Below, in pieces: positions 18,696 through 28,909 of a DNA stretch of 57,985 nt. Position 1 is the stretch's first letter. The number at the start of each line of letters is the position of its first letter. A program made the translations under genes and the position numbers. The notes beneath the pieces are model-generated. The model ran no database searches. It was not told the origin of the DNA and saw only the letters and a list, made by a program, of their open reading frames with translations. This stretch comes from a virus (Duplodnaviria > Caudoviricetes), in IMG/VR virus record IMGVR_UViG_3300010397_000011, positions 1 to 57,985 of that record. One strand, 5' to 3'.

Positions 18696-19555
18696 GAGTT
18701 ACCGCCCAGCACGCAGACCGGCACGTCGACCTCGGCCGCGAGGTGGCAGCAGTTGTCCCACTGCACAGCGACGACCTGATACGCGGTGACGAGCAGGTCG
18801 TTCACCGAGCGGTCCATCTGCATCTGCATGTCCTCGTCCGACGCGGGGATCGTGAGGATGTCCGACGAGCGCAGGCCCATCATCGAGGTGCCGTACATCC
18901 ACTGCGTGTCGCCCGCTGGGGTGCCGCCTGGGCCGCTGCCGTCGTACCCCGCGTCAGGGATCACCACGTGACCGTTCGCGGTCACCCACGTGCCGCCGCT
19001 GAGCATCACCGCGTTCGGGAACGCCGACAACTCCGACAGCAGCTGCGGCGTCATGTGGATCAGCCCGACGCATCCCTGGCAGCACTGCCCGAGCGCGCCT
19101 TCGAGACACGCGAGCGCGTGCCGTACTGCCATCGGTCCCGTGCCCACCGTCGTCGAGGTCGGGTCCGTCAGCGGGATGTTCGACAGGCCCGCCGACGTCG
19201 TGAGGACACCGGACCACACTTCCTTCGCGATCTGATACGAGCGCGTCGCGATCAGTTGCCGCTTCGCCCTGCCCTGCCAGTCGCGTGCCTGCCAGCCGAA
19301 CGACGAGCAGCGGTCCTCGCTGAACACGACGAACGGGTCACCCTCGACGACGGACGGGCCCGTCAAGTCGGGCGCGTCGGGCGTCGTGCCCGCGCACTCC
19401 AACTCGAGCGCGCCGCTGATGCCGCACGCTTCGGGCAGGAACTTGAACCCGAACTCCCACCGCCCATCGGTGAGTGCCTGCGCACCGCCGAGCGCGGCGA
19501 AGATGCCGAACTTCGGAGGCTTGGCCGGTACCGCTGCGACAGGCTCGTGGATCAT
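18692..19555 (-). CDS. Major capsid pentamer protein
   Basis: Directly after the hexamer gene; RWEFG, PFVV...C, ALACLE, IHM, TANG..V..DAGY and WMYGT motifs. Confidence 0.7.
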   Translation of the reverse strand: MIHEPVAAVPAKPPKFGIFAALGGAQALTDGRWEFGFKFLPEACGISGALELECAGTTPDAPDLTGPSVVEGDPFVVFSEDRCSSFGWQARDWQGRAKRQLIATRSYQIAKEVWSGVLTTSAGLSNIPLTDPTSTTVGTGPMAVRHALACLEGALGQCCQGCVGLIHMTPQLLSELSAFPNAVMLSGGTWVTANGHVVIPDAGYDGSGPGGTPAGDTQWMYGTSMMGLRSSDILTIPASDEDMQMQMDRSVNDLLVTAYQVVAVQWDNCCHLAAEVDVPVCVLGGNS

Positions 19556-19573
19556 GCGGGTTCTCCTTGTGGG

Positions 19574-19614
19574 GTGAGGGCTGGGCTAGTCCGAGCGACA
19601 CGCCCAGCCCTCAC
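19574..19614 (-). terminator. Perfect 13-bp-stem hairpin between the two capsid genes (attenuator/terminator)
   Basis: GTGAGGGCTGGGC-N15-GCCCAGCCCTCAC; no poly-U tail. Confidence 0.6.
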
Positions 19615-19625
19615 GACCAGTGGGG

Positions 19626-21374
19626 TTAGGAGCCGACGGTGCAGGGCTGGATGTCGATCAGCGCCGACGCCGAGCCGTCAGGGCAGACGTCCGACTCGAT
19701 GCGCATCGTCGTGTCGGGGTCACCGTGGAAGTGGGTGCCCTCGAACGACTCAGCGAACAGTTGGAAGTCGTTCGTCGAGTTGAGCGTCGAGTCGCGCACG
19801 ATGCCGAGGTCGAGCATCCCGCCGTCGAGGAACAGCCACGAGCCCGTCGGGAACAGGTACTGCACCACGTGGTCGGGCCACCCGAGCGCAGGGCCGTCAC
19901 CCTGCGGACCGAAGATCTGGCCGTCCGCGGTCTCGCCGTCGTACAGCCACACCGGCGTGAGACCACGCACCGCGAACCAGCGGCCGATCGACGCGTCAGC
20001 GAGCGCCAGGGTCTCGTCGAGCGTGCCGACAGGCATCTGCCGCGCGATGTCCGTGCGGATCATGTCGAGCAGCCAGTACGGCGCCGCGTAGGTCCAGCCG
20101 ATCGAGTAGTCACGGTGGTAGGACCGGCGCGCCGCGAGGATGCGGTCGAGCGTGGTGAGGATGTCGCGTGACGTGCCGAGGATCTGGCCCGCCGACACCT
20201 GCGTCGAGTCTGTGCCGACACGAGTGATGTGCTTGATCTCGGCCTCACGCGCCCACTGCACAGCAGCGAGACGCATCCACGCTTCCAACTGCTCGGGGAA
20301 GAAGCGCGCACGGAAGTTGCCGGTCTTCAAGCAGCGCACGATCGCGTCGACGAGGTCTTCGTCCTCCTCGGGGCACGTGATCGTGAGGCACGGCTTCGTC
20401 GTCGGTGACGACGGGTTCCGGTCGTTCGCCTCGGTCCACACGCTGATCGCGCCGTCGAGGTCCGTGAGCGTGGGCGGCGGGATCGTCGCGACGCCACCGC
20501 GCTCGGCGCCGAAGCGGGTCAGCGCCCGGTCACGGAACGGGCGGCCGTCGTCGCCCAGGGTCGGGAGGTCGTACGACACATTGATCGGCGCGCAGATGCC
20601 GCCCGACGCCTGCACCGAACGGAACGACTGCGACCGTGCGTTGACGACCTCACGGATCTTCTTCTCGTTCGCCTTCGCGTTATCGGTGAGCGTGCGTGCC
20701 TCGCCGTACATCGCCTGCGGCGTGTTCCACCCGCGGCGGGCGAGTTTCATCTGCATCCCCTGGCCGCTGAACCCGCGCGTCGCCTGCCATGCGGACTCCA
20801 ACAGATCGCACAACTGCTCGGGCCGATTGATGCGCGCACCGGCCTGCACGCCCGGCGCGTTCGCCGCGGCCACGAGGCCCCAGTCCGCGAACGTGTCAGG
20901 GAGCCCGCCAGTGGGACGGGGCTGGGTCGAAGCGGGCCGACGAGCGTTGACCCTGCTCACCCGTGCGGGCGGCGTGGCCGTCGCGGCGATGGGCTCGGCG
21001 GTGTCCTCAGCCTCCGCCTCATCGACGACCTCGGTCTCCTCGTCGGCCTGGTCCTCGTCGGTCGCGTCGTCAGCCTCGTCGGCCTCGGACGTCTCCTCCT
21101 CGGTCGCCTCGTCGGTCGTACCGGCGAGCCGGTCGAGCGCGTCCTGCTGGCGAGCCGTGCGCTCGGCGGCCTCGGTCTCGCGTGCCGTCTGCATCGCGCG
21201 CACCTGGTCGGCCGCGTCGGCGGCCTGCACGATGAGGTCGACGGTCGCGTCGTCGGGGTTGTCGGCAGCCGCGGCCTGCGCCGCGCTCTGCAAGTCGGAC
21301 AGGTAGTCGGCCAACTCGGCGTCGGTCATCGACTCGATGTTGGCGAGTAGTGCGAGCAGCTCCTCGAGCGTCAC
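19626..21374 (-). CDS. Major capsid (hexamer) protein with N-terminal scaffold region
   Basis: Acidic helical N-terminus; ASGGICAP..YD, RGG, KPCL..CP, LDLGIVRDSTLNSTND and FAESFEG motifs. Confidence 0.88.
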   Translation of the reverse strand: MTLEELLALLANIESMTDAELADYLSDLQSAAQAAAADNPDDATVDLIVQAADAADQVRAMQTARETEAAERTARQQDALDRLAGTTDEATEEETSEADEADDATDEDQADEETEVVDEAEAEDTAEPIAATATPPARVSRVNARRPASTQPRPTGGLPDTFADWGLVAAANAPGVQAGARINRPEQLCDLLESAWQATRGFSGQGMQMKLARRGWNTPQAMYGEARTLTDNAKANEKKIREVVNARSQSFRSVQASGGICAPINVSYDLPTLGDDGRPFRDRALTRFGAERGGVATIPPPTLTDLDGAISVWTEANDRNPSSPTTKPCLTITCPEEDEDLVDAIVRCLKTGNFRARFFPEQLEAWMRLAAVQWAREAEIKHITRVGTDSTQVSAGQILGTSRDILTTLDRILAARRSYHRDYSIGWTYAAPYWLLDMIRTDIARQMPVGTLDETLALADASIGRWFAVRGLTPVWLYDGETADGQIFGPQGDGPALGWPDHVVQYLFPTGSWLFLDGGMLDLGIVRDSTLNSTNDFQLFAESFEGTHFHGDPDTTMRIESDVCPDGSASALIDIQPCTVGS

Positions 21375-21537
21375 GTCTTGGCTCCTTCGATCACACGGTG
21401 AGTGGGTGTGAGCGCAGTGGTGCGGAGCCTCGAACTAGGGCGAGGACAACATCGGCGGCTATGACGTCGACGGCCTGACTGGCTTCTGGCCGGGCATCTT
21501 AGACACGAGGTACGCGCGTGGGGCGCGGATGTACCGC

Positions 21538-21609
21538 TCAGATCCGTTTCGCGAGGTAGACGATCGCGAGGATCACGAGGATCAAGAGCAGCACCGCCCA
21601 CACGGTCAC
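21538..21609 (-). CDS. 23-aa hydrophobic peptide (not in ORF track)
   Basis: GTG overlaps the protease stop; MTVWAVLLLILVILAIVYLAKRI. Confidence 0.4.
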   Translation of the reverse strand: MTVWAVLLLILVILAIVYLAKRI

Positions 21610-23213
21610 GACGCGAGATCACCCCGCAGCGAACGCCACGCTTCGAGGTAGTGGTCCTCGTCGATCTGTGCTTGGTCGACCATGCGCGAGAGGGCCGCGG
21701 TCATGGCTTCCTTGCCGAGCGAACGGGTGCGCCGTTCCAGCACGTTGAGGATGCGCAGCACCTCATCGTCGCTCCGAGCGTTGGCAGCAGTGAGCGAGCC
21801 GCCGAGCCGCTGGCGCTGCTCGCACTCGGGGCACGCCGCGTGCACGACGTTGAGCGCCGACGCCCGCAGCACACGGCCCTGCTCGTCGTACTGCACGAAG
21901 GGCTGGGGTGCCGCCACGGTGAGCCCTGAGGCCGCGAGGGCGTGGCGGGCGATGGGGAACCCCGGCCGTGAGACCGTGAGGACAGCGACGAACTGGGCGC
22001 CTTGCTCGCCGGGCACTTCGCGCCAGTCGCCCGACAGGGCCGAGGCGCGCAGCACGCGCAGTTGCTCGGGTGTGATGTCGGGGTTGAGCGCGCCCGCGAC
22101 CCACACGCCGATCGGTGACTGCGTGACGCGGCACTGCCCCCACTGCAAGCCGGTGTGCGCGTACTCGTCCTGCGCGTCAGCCGAGAACATCCACCCGTCG
22201 GGATGGTCAGCCGACAGCACGACGGGCATGACAGGCACGTCGGTCCCGTCGTCGACGCGCAGCACACCCGTCAACGCGCCGTGCGTCTTCACGTCGCCGT
22301 GCTCGTCGAGCACACGAGCTCGTGCCAGGAACTCGTCGCTTGAGAGCGGCGGGCTCACGCAGTCGTCGAGGTAGCCGATGTGGCACTGGCCGAAGTAACA
22401 GGCGTGCCCGTAGAACTGTCCGCTGTCGAGGATCGTGAGCGGCACGGCCCACGACTGCCCGTCGGGCTGTAGCACCCACAGGTCCGACGAGTCGTCGGGC
22501 TCGGGCATGAACAGCCACGAGCGGGGCGGTGCGAGCGGGAACGATGCCGACGCGATGACAGGCTCGGCCGGTGCGGCCTCCGACGCGCCGAGTTCGATGC
22601 GCGCGTCGACGAACGCTGGGACGTCCACGAGCGTGATCGCGCGGAGGCGACTGCGCGTGTAGCGGTAGATCAGCGAGTCCGACGAGTCCTCGAAGAGGAC
22701 GTCGCCGGCGTCGGGTGCAGGGTCGCCGGCCGCGGCGAGGAGGACGCCACCGTTGCGGGTGAGGAGCCTGGCGATGTGCGGCGGTGCGTTCACGACGGTC
22801 GTGCCGCGATGGTCGAGGCGCAGGGTCGCGGACGCCATGACCACGACCGACTCCTCGGCGCCGTCAGGTGACGTGCCCGAGTTGTCGACGATCTCGACCG
22901 TCACGTCGTCGTACACGACCGACACGCCAGACGCGAGGCCCTGCTCCATCCGCTGCACGAGTTCGTCCGCGCGGGGCAGCGAGTCGTCGAACGGGCCCTC
23001 GGCCTCGATGCGGTTATCGACCCGCTCGATGCGGTCCGCGTTGCCGAACGTCAGCGTGCCCTCGTGCGAGGAGTTGTCGTCGGGGTTCCACTGCAACGGC
23101 ACGTCAGCGGGGTTCTCCCACGACCAGGCGCCATCGGTCCACACGCGGCCGTCGCCGGTCTGCACGTTCTCGAAGACGATGCCGCCGTTGTTGACGGTCT
23201 TCCATCGGCGCAT
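21606..23213 (-). CDS. Capsid maturation protease
   Basis: TGDGR, GVSV, TLVDVPAF, GH...CHIG, GVWVAG and LSGDWR motifs; lies between portal and capsid genes. Confidence 0.78.
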   Translation of the reverse strand: MRRWKTVNNGGIVFENVQTGDGRVWTDGAWSWENPADVPLQWNPDDNSSHEGTLTFGNADRIERVDNRIEAEGPFDDSLPRADELVQRMEQGLASGVSVVYDDVTVEIVDNSGTSPDGAEESVVVMASATLRLDHRGTTVVNAPPHIARLLTRNGGVLLAAAGDPAPDAGDVLFEDSSDSLIYRYTRSRLRAITLVDVPAFVDARIELGASEAAPAEPVIASASFPLAPPRSWLFMPEPDDSSDLWVLQPDGQSWAVPLTILDSGQFYGHACYFGQCHIGYLDDCVSPPLSSDEFLARARVLDEHGDVKTHGALTGVLRVDDGTDVPVMPVVLSADHPDGWMFSADAQDEYAHTGLQWGQCRVTQSPIGVWVAGALNPDITPEQLRVLRASALSGDWREVPGEQGAQFVAVLTVSRPGFPIARHALAASGLTVAAPQPFVQYDEQGRVLRASALNVVHAACPECEQRQRLGGSLTAANARSDDEVLRILNVLERRTRSLGKEAMTAALSRMVDQAQIDEDHYLEAWRSLRGDLAS

Positions 23214-23224
23214 GGCCGCGCAGC

Positions 23225-23440
23225 CTACGCCGTGACGATCCCGTCGGCCGTGAACCTCACGTCCACGTCGACGCGACCCTGCTGCTTGCGCGCGTAGTTC
23301 AGGTAGCCCAGCGCCCACGGCGGCAGGTCTTTCCTCGCCTGGGCCGTCTCGACAGCGCCGAGGATCAGCGCCTTCTCGAACGGGCGCAACGGCACGAGAT
23401 TGAACGCACGTGCCGTTTCACGGCTGAGTTCGACGAGCAT
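23225..23440 (-). CDS. Small hypothetical protein (candidate immunity partner of the portal ART domain)
   Basis: 71 aa, starts immediately after the portal-fusion stop; immunity role inferred from position only. Confidence 0.5.
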   Translation of the reverse strand: MLVELSRETARAFNLVPLRPFEKALILGAVETAQARKDLPPWALGYLNYARKQQGRVDVDVRFTADGIVTA

Positions 23441-26400
23441 TCACACCTCCCACGCGGCACGCTCGTAGACGGTCGCGCCGCGGTTGAGAATCACCTTGTA
23501 GGTCGAGGTCGCGTCGATGCCGTCGTAGCCCATCGCCACGGCCAGCCGCCCCTCGTCGTAGATCAGGTTCCGCAGGTACGTCGCACGGTCGATGATCGCC
23601 CGGCTGACTTCCTTGCGCGTCTCCATGTCGAGCGCGCTGTTCAACTGCACGTCGTAGCCCATCCCCTCCCACTTGCTCAGCAGCTTCGTCAGTGACTGCT
23701 GCACGTTGCGCAGGAGGTCGTGTTCGACGAAGCGCGCGTCGGGGCTCATGGCGAGATGCATCACCTGATGCTCCTTCATGCCCGCGTAGCCCAGCGCCTC
23801 GTCGAACACCGTCGAGGAGTAGGTGCCGTTGCCGTACACGCCCTCACCAGCGAAGTACGGCCCCTCACGGAAGTCCGCGATCAGTTGGTCCGACGCCTCG
23901 CCCGCATTGATGCCACGGTGCAGTTCGAGCCACCCGTCCTGCTTCAACGCGTCGATGCCGCCGGGGTCGACGACCTCGGGTAGCGCGTCGAACCCGCGGT
24001 TCTTGTAGAGCATCGACAGCGCGCCGTCGGCTTGCTTGTACCCGTCGACCTCACCCATGCGCTGGATGAAGTACCAGTCCTTCAGGTCCTGCGTGCTGAT
24101 CGTGTCGAGCGAGCGCAGCGCCTCGGCCGTGAGGTGCTGTTCGTACTCGGCCTGCGACGAGAACTGGCGACCGCTCAACTCGAGGTCGGGCAACGCGCCC
24201 GTCGTGGACGGCCCGACCAGCAGGTCCATCTGTGACCGATTGATCGGGATGCCATCGGGCAGCGACAGCACCTCACCGAGCGACCCTGCGTTGGCGATGA
24301 TGTCAGCGGGCGGCAGGTACTCCATGCGCACGAACGGCAGGGCGCCTCTCGGCGTCTCGACCATCTCCCACGACGAGACCCGCCAGTTCGTGCCGCGCGT
24401 GACGACGAAGTCCGTCTCGTTGAGGAACGCGGCGGGCGCGCCTTTCGGCACGACGAACTGCATCACCGCGTTCGGCTTCCCACCGAGCGCGTACTGCGGG
24501 TCGAGCACGGGTTCGAGGTAGCCCTTGTATTGGATCGAGTCACCGATCGTCGGCACCGACGACACGGGCATGTACGCGAACACCGGCTCCTCGGGGCCAC
24601 CGGCACGCGCCATCACCGCGTCGAAGTCGTCCGCGTACTGGCCGACGACCGAGTCGAGTTTCCCGTACTGGTTGAGGGTTCGATTGATGTAGTTCTTGCG
24701 TGACGTGAACTCGTCGACGATCGCCTGGTCCGCGTCGCTCAGCAGCCCGTACTGCGTGGCGAGAGCCTGCTCCGACTCGCCAGCCAGCACGCCCATCGCG
24801 TCGTACACCGCGGTCTGCGACACGGCGGGCGGCGCGAGGATGTCGGCCGCCATCCGAGAGAACGGGTCATCCTCGGCTGCCACGGCTGGCGACTCACCCG
24901 CCGGTGGCCCAGCGAGGAAGTCCTCGACCTCGACCTGGGTCGGCTCCTCGATGACGGCCTGCTCCGTCGCCACGCCCGCGTCGGCCGCGCTGAGGATCAC
25001 CGGCTCGAAGTCGCAGATGCATCCGTTGTGATCGCCGGGAAAGTAGAAGTCCGTCTCAGGGAACGAGTCGCCGTTCGCCAACACGTCGTCGTCGAAGTTC
25101 ACGAACTCGATGCCGTCGAGCTCCACGTGCGGCTCGAAGTTCGTCTTGCGCCGAGCGGGTCCGTACACCCACACGTACCCCTCGATGCCAGCGCCACCGT
25201 CGGACAGCACCTCGTTCACGAGCACGCCCGTGCCGATCCCACCGTCGGGCGCGCCGTCCGTGCCGCGCAGTGCGACGAACGCAGACTGTCCCGTGTTGCC
25301 GATCTGCCCGGTCGGCCCGGTGCTGATGCCCGTGCTGCCGCCCGCGCGTTGGATCGCCTGGCGCACGAGGCCGGTCGGCACCGTCGCGTTCGGGTCGAAC
25401 TCACCGATGCCCGGCTCGGTCGGGTTCGGGTTGAACAGCCGCTCGCCGCCCAGCGCGGACAGCGACCCCTTCATCCAGTCCCACGCCTGGTCGAGGTCAC
25501 CCGCCTGCCGTAGCGACAGCGCCTCGCGCTCGGCCGTGCTGAGCCCGCTCGTCACCTCGGCCGCGACGTCGAGGGCCTGCGCCTGCGCCGCGCCGCCCCA
25601 GTCCTTGAACTGCTTCTCAAGCGAGTCCCATGCCCCCTCGAACAGATCACCGTCGTCGCCGGCCGCGGCCAGGACCGTCGTGCGCCCGAGCACCGACGCC
25701 ACCTCGCGTCGAGGGACGTCACGTGTGATCGCACGGTGCGCGGACGCCTTCGTCCGCAGCACGTTCCCGATCTTCTCCAGCGCCCGCTCCATCGCCGCCG
25801 ACGAGGCGACGGTCAGCCTGACGAGAAGGTCACGGTCGATCGCGGCGAGCCGCTTGCCCGCGTCCGTTCGGTGACGGCCCCGCGTGCGCGGCGGGCTGCC
25901 AGCCCCTAGGGCTCCCTGGGCCGTGATCGACGCTCCCCCTGGCCCCTGGGGGGCGCCCTCCGTAGGGCGGCCTGGGGGGCTCCCTGGCGGTTCCCCTGCC
26001 TGCCCTGGGGGTAGGGCCGCGGGCTCGGTGGCCGCGATCAGGGCGAGCACCCGGCCCAGCGCGTCGAACAGCGTCGAGGCGGGCGGTGCCTGGTCCTGCT
26101 GGTCCTGCTGCGACTGGCCGTCGATCGGGTTGCCCTGCGCGTCGACGGCCTGCTTCGCGGGCAGCGCCTCGATCTGAATGTCCGGTGCCTCTGGCATCAG
26201 GCGCAGGAGTGCGAGCGTCAGGTCGGCCGTGAGGATGCCTCGGCGCAGGCCCGCCGACACCAGCAACTCGAGGGCGTCGGGCGCGTCGTCCTCGGTCCAG
26301 TTCTTCGCGCGCCGCCACGCCTCGCCGGAGATGAGGCCCTTCTCCACGCCGTAGTCCGCGGACTCCTCGGGGTCGGGCTGTGCGATCAGCGCCGACGGGT

Positions 26401-27604
26401 CGTAGCCGATCACGAGCCTGTCGGCCCACGGCTTCGTCGTCGGGTTATCGAGCAGCTGCGGTCGGTAGTACGCGTAGAGCAACGCGTCCATCAGGATGTC
26501 CGCGCGTGGGCCGAGGTAGTCCTCGAACTCGTCCTCGTCGATCTGCGCCGCGTTCGCGAACGTGGTCTGCATGTGGCCCATCGTCTTCTCGACGGGCAGC
26601 GGCAGGCCGCGTGCGATGCGTGCGATGCACCCCTCGATGCGGGTGAAGATCTCGGGGTCGGTCGTGCGGCCGTACGCGAGGAACTTCACCTTCTCGATCA
26701 GTTCGGCCATCATCCGCACGACCATCGGCTGGACCTGCGCGCTCGACGAGTTGTCGGTGATCGGGTCGAGGATCGACGCCTCGAACTCTTCGAGGAAGAC
26801 GTCGCGCTTCTCCTCCTCGCCGCCTTCCGATTCGGTCTCGTTGTCGGGACCGAACGACGCCTCGATCGGGAGGAGCAACATGCCCGCGCCGTGCCGTGAC
26901 AGGGCCTCCGCGTACACCTGCTGCGACAGCGCCGACGCGGTGCGCCCGTCGACGATCAGCGCGCGCATGAGCGAGTCGGCCAGCATCTGATGGCGGGGAT
27001 GTTCGAGCCACACGCGGATGATCGTGTCCTCGGTCGTGACCTCACGGCCCTTGCCGCTCGTGTCGGTCGGGTCGTCGGTCACCCAGTACGTGCCGCTCTT
27101 GTTCTCGACCTCGTCGATCGACCGGACCTGCCAGTCCTCGGGGATGTCCACCGTGGACGTGACGCCCTTGTCGTCGGTCGTCGTGATCGTCGTCGCGTGC
27201 CACCCGACGATGTAGCACTCGCCTACGACTTCGAGGTTCATGTCGAGTTTGCGGAGGATGTCGGCCTGCCCGCCGCGCGCGGACTTCAGCCGGGCCAACT
27301 CCTCCTCGGCCGCGGTCGCAACGTTCGACGGCACACCCGAGTCCGCGTCGAACGCTGACACGACGACGCCCTCGACGATCACACCGGGGAACAGCCGCAA
27401 CTTCGCGAACTGGTTGCCGAGGTACCAGATCGCTTCCTTGACCTCAGGCACCTCGTCGAACACTTCCCACGCGTCGGGCTGCCACGCCTGCGGGCGGGCT
27501 CCCTGCTTCGCCGCGATCTTCCGCTCAGCGAGATTGATGCGCGTGGCCGACGCGATGAACGCCCGCGTCTTCACCGGCCGTGGTGTGTCTTGGCGCCCTG
27601 CCAT
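23441..27604 (-). CDS. Portal protein fused to MuF-like and ADP-ribosyltransferase-like domains
   Basis: Portal N-terminus (WQPDAW..FDEVPE, LEVVGECY, RVWLEHP); MuF end (PGDHNGCICD); VIP2-like scaffold; C-terminal LHRG..GVYGNGTYSS..GYDGI. Confidence 0.82.
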   Translation of the reverse strand: MAGRQDTPRPVKTRAFIASATRINLAERKIAAKQGARPQAWQPDAWEVFDEVPEVKEAIWYLGNQFAKLRLFPGVIVEGVVVSAFDADSGVPSNVATAAEEELARLKSARGGQADILRKLDMNLEVVGECYIVGWHATTITTTDDKGVTSTVDIPEDWQVRSIDEVENKSGTYWVTDDPTDTSGKGREVTTEDTIIRVWLEHPRHQMLADSLMRALIVDGRTASALSQQVYAEALSRHGAGMLLLPIEASFGPDNETESEGGEEEKRDVFLEEFEASILDPITDNSSSAQVQPMVVRMMAELIEKVKFLAYGRTTDPEIFTRIEGCIARIARGLPLPVEKTMGHMQTTFANAAQIDEDEFEDYLGPRADILMDALLYAYYRPQLLDNPTTKPWADRLVIGYDPSALIAQPDPEESADYGVEKGLISGEAWRRAKNWTEDDAPDALELLVSAGLRRGILTADLTLALLRLMPEAPDIQIEALPAKQAVDAQGNPIDGQSQQDQQDQAPPASTLFDALGRVLALIAATEPAALPPGQAGEPPGSPPGRPTEGAPQGPGGASITAQGALGAGSPPRTRGRHRTDAGKRLAAIDRDLLVRLTVASSAAMERALEKIGNVLRTKASAHRAITRDVPRREVASVLGRTTVLAAAGDDGDLFEGAWDSLEKQFKDWGGAAQAQALDVAAEVTSGLSTAEREALSLRQAGDLDQAWDWMKGSLSALGGERLFNPNPTEPGIGEFDPNATVPTGLVRQAIQRAGGSTGISTGPTGQIGNTGQSAFVALRGTDGAPDGGIGTGVLVNEVLSDGGAGIEGYVWVYGPARRKTNFEPHVELDGIEFVNFDDDVLANGDSFPETDFYFPGDHNGCICDFEPVILSAADAGVATEQAVIEEPTQVEVEDFLAGPPAGESPAVAAEDDPFSRMAADILAPPAVSQTAVYDAMGVLAGESEQALATQYGLLSDADQAIVDEFTSRKNYINRTLNQYGKLDSVVGQYADDFDAVMARAGGPEEPVFAYMPVSSVPTIGDSIQYKGYLEPVLDPQYALGGKPNAVMQFVVPKGAPAAFLNETDFVVTRGTNWRVSSWEMVETPRGALPFVRMEYLPPADIIANAGSLGEVLSLPDGIPINRSQMDLLVGPSTTGALPDLELSGRQFSSQAEYEQHLTAEALRSLDTISTQDLKDWYFIQRMGEVDGYKQADGALSMLYKNRGFDALPEVVDPGGIDALKQDGWLELHRGINAGEASDQLIADFREGPYFAGEGVYGNGTYSSTVFDEALGYAGMKEHQVMHLAMSPDARFVEHDLLRNVQQSLTKLLSKWEGMGYDVQLNSALDMETRKEVSRAIIDRATYLRNLIYDEGRLAVAMGYDGIDATSTYKVILNRGATVYERAAWEV

Positions 27605-27642
27605 CCCGCCGCAGCGTAGACGGGATGGCAGACGTCAACGTG

Positions 27643-28098
27643 TTACGGGGTCGGCGTGCCGCCGTCGCCCGTGTCGGCCGGAGGCGTGGCGCTCGGCGTG
27701 TTGTCGACGACGGCCTGCGCGAGCCGCGCAGTGTTCGCGTCGAGCGAGTCGGCCAGGGCCTGCAACGCGGCAGGGTCCGTCGACAGGTCGCGAATCTGCT
27801 GCGACAGCGAGGAGAGCAGCGTGACGGCGCTGTCGACAGCATCGCCGTTCTCGGAGACTTCGTTCGTGAGTGCGGTCAGGTCGGTTGCCACTGTGTCCTC
27901 CAACGTGTTGACGGATTGAGCGAGCGCGAACGTACCGATGCGCAGAGCCGTGATCGAGTCTGTGTTGGCGTCGAGCCCGGCAGTGTTCGCATCGAGTCGT
28001 GCGTTGAACTCGTCGAGGCGCGCCAGCACGTCGCCGTTCGGTGCCTCGTGGAAGTGGAAGTGAATCTCCGGCCAGCGGTGCTGCGGGTGATCGTCCAC
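27643..28098 (-). CDS. Coiled-coil hypothetical protein
   Basis: SAVTLL...TDPAALQALADSLDANT..LAQAVVDNTP, a motif I recall from other phage genomes. Confidence 0.6.
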   Translation of the reverse strand: MDDHPQHRWPEIHFHFHEAPNGDVLARLDEFNARLDANTAGLDANTDSITALRIGTFALAQSVNTLEDTVATDLTALTNEVSENGDAVDSAVTLLSSLSQQIRDLSTDPAALQALADSLDANTARLAQAVVDNTPSATPPADTGDGGTPTP

Positions 28099-28128
28099 GA
28101 GGCGGACACTACCCCGGCTGAAGGTTGC

Positions 28129-28524
28129 CTACTCGTGAACGGCGAGGAGCCCAGCGGCCTCGGACATCGCGAGGACGCGGGCGACGCGGTTCCATGCGTG
28201 AGGTGCGATGCCCCGCATGATGACCACGCCGCCCGCGATCCACACACCAGCACACCACGGGCACGTGATGAGCCGGGCGACCTTCGGCGGATGCTCGTCG
28301 GTGCGCACCACCTCGGCGGGCGGTGGCGCGTCACGTGTCGCTGAGCGCGGGTCGCCCGACGGGTCGTACTCCCAGTCACCCTCGAGTTCGTGCCCTCGCC
28401 CGTCACGGCGGTACGACCAGCGGATCACCGCGTCGCGTGGCCCGACCGTGATGATGTCCTTCGTCACGAGCCGTGCGAGGCGTGCGACTGCGAGCGCGTC
28501 GACGACGAGCTCCGTCTCGTTCAC
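28129..28524 (-). CDS. DUF1360-like membrane protein
   Basis: LAVARLARLVTKDII and LITCPWCAGVW motifs. Confidence 0.72.
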   Translation of the reverse strand: MNETELVVDALAVARLARLVTKDIITVGPRDAVIRWSYRRDGRGHELEGDWEYDPSGDPRSATRDAPPPAEVVRTDEHPPKVARLITCPWCAGVWIAGGVVIMRGIAPHAWNRVARVLAMSEAAGLLAVHE

Positions 28525-28688
28525 CGCTGGCATCCGATGTGGGTGAGGTGGCCGTCGGACCACACGTGCACGACGTGCCCGCGCTCGTGGTCACCGTACT
28601 GGATCGGCGGGAGCAGCCCGCCGCACACGACGCACGTCTCGTCGGTGTCGCGGCCTGCGCGGGTCTGCACGATGCACAGCGTCGTCAT
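28521..28688 (-). CDS. Small Zn-binding protein (not in ORF track)
   Basis: 55 aa, CxxC...HxxC; 4-bp overlaps with both neighbours. Confidence 0.5.
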   Translation of the reverse strand: MTTLCIVQTRAGRDTDETCVVCGGLLPPIQYGDHERGHVVHVWSDGHLTHIGCQR

Positions 28689-28909
28689 GCTCCACCGCCT
28701 AGTAGCGCGGTGACGGTCGCGGACGTGCAGCGGTCAGCCTCGGAATCCCACTGTTTGCCGCACTCAGCGCAGTGCTCGAAGCCGTGCGTGATGAAACTTC
28801 GGTCCTTGCCGCGCGTGTGGCAGGCGAGGGCGGCGGCGATGTGAGCACGGGCAGCGTCACGCTCGGCGATGGCCTCATCGAGCACGGCCTGCATCTTCTC
28901 GTCGCTCAT
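28685..28909 (-). CDS. Hypothetical protein (CxxC)
   Basis: H...CAEC..W...C..T motif; translationally coupled. Confidence 0.55.
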   Translation of the reverse strand: MSDEKMQAVLDEAIAERDAARAHIAAALACHTRGKDRSFITHGFEHCAECGKQWDSEADRCTSATVTALLGGGA

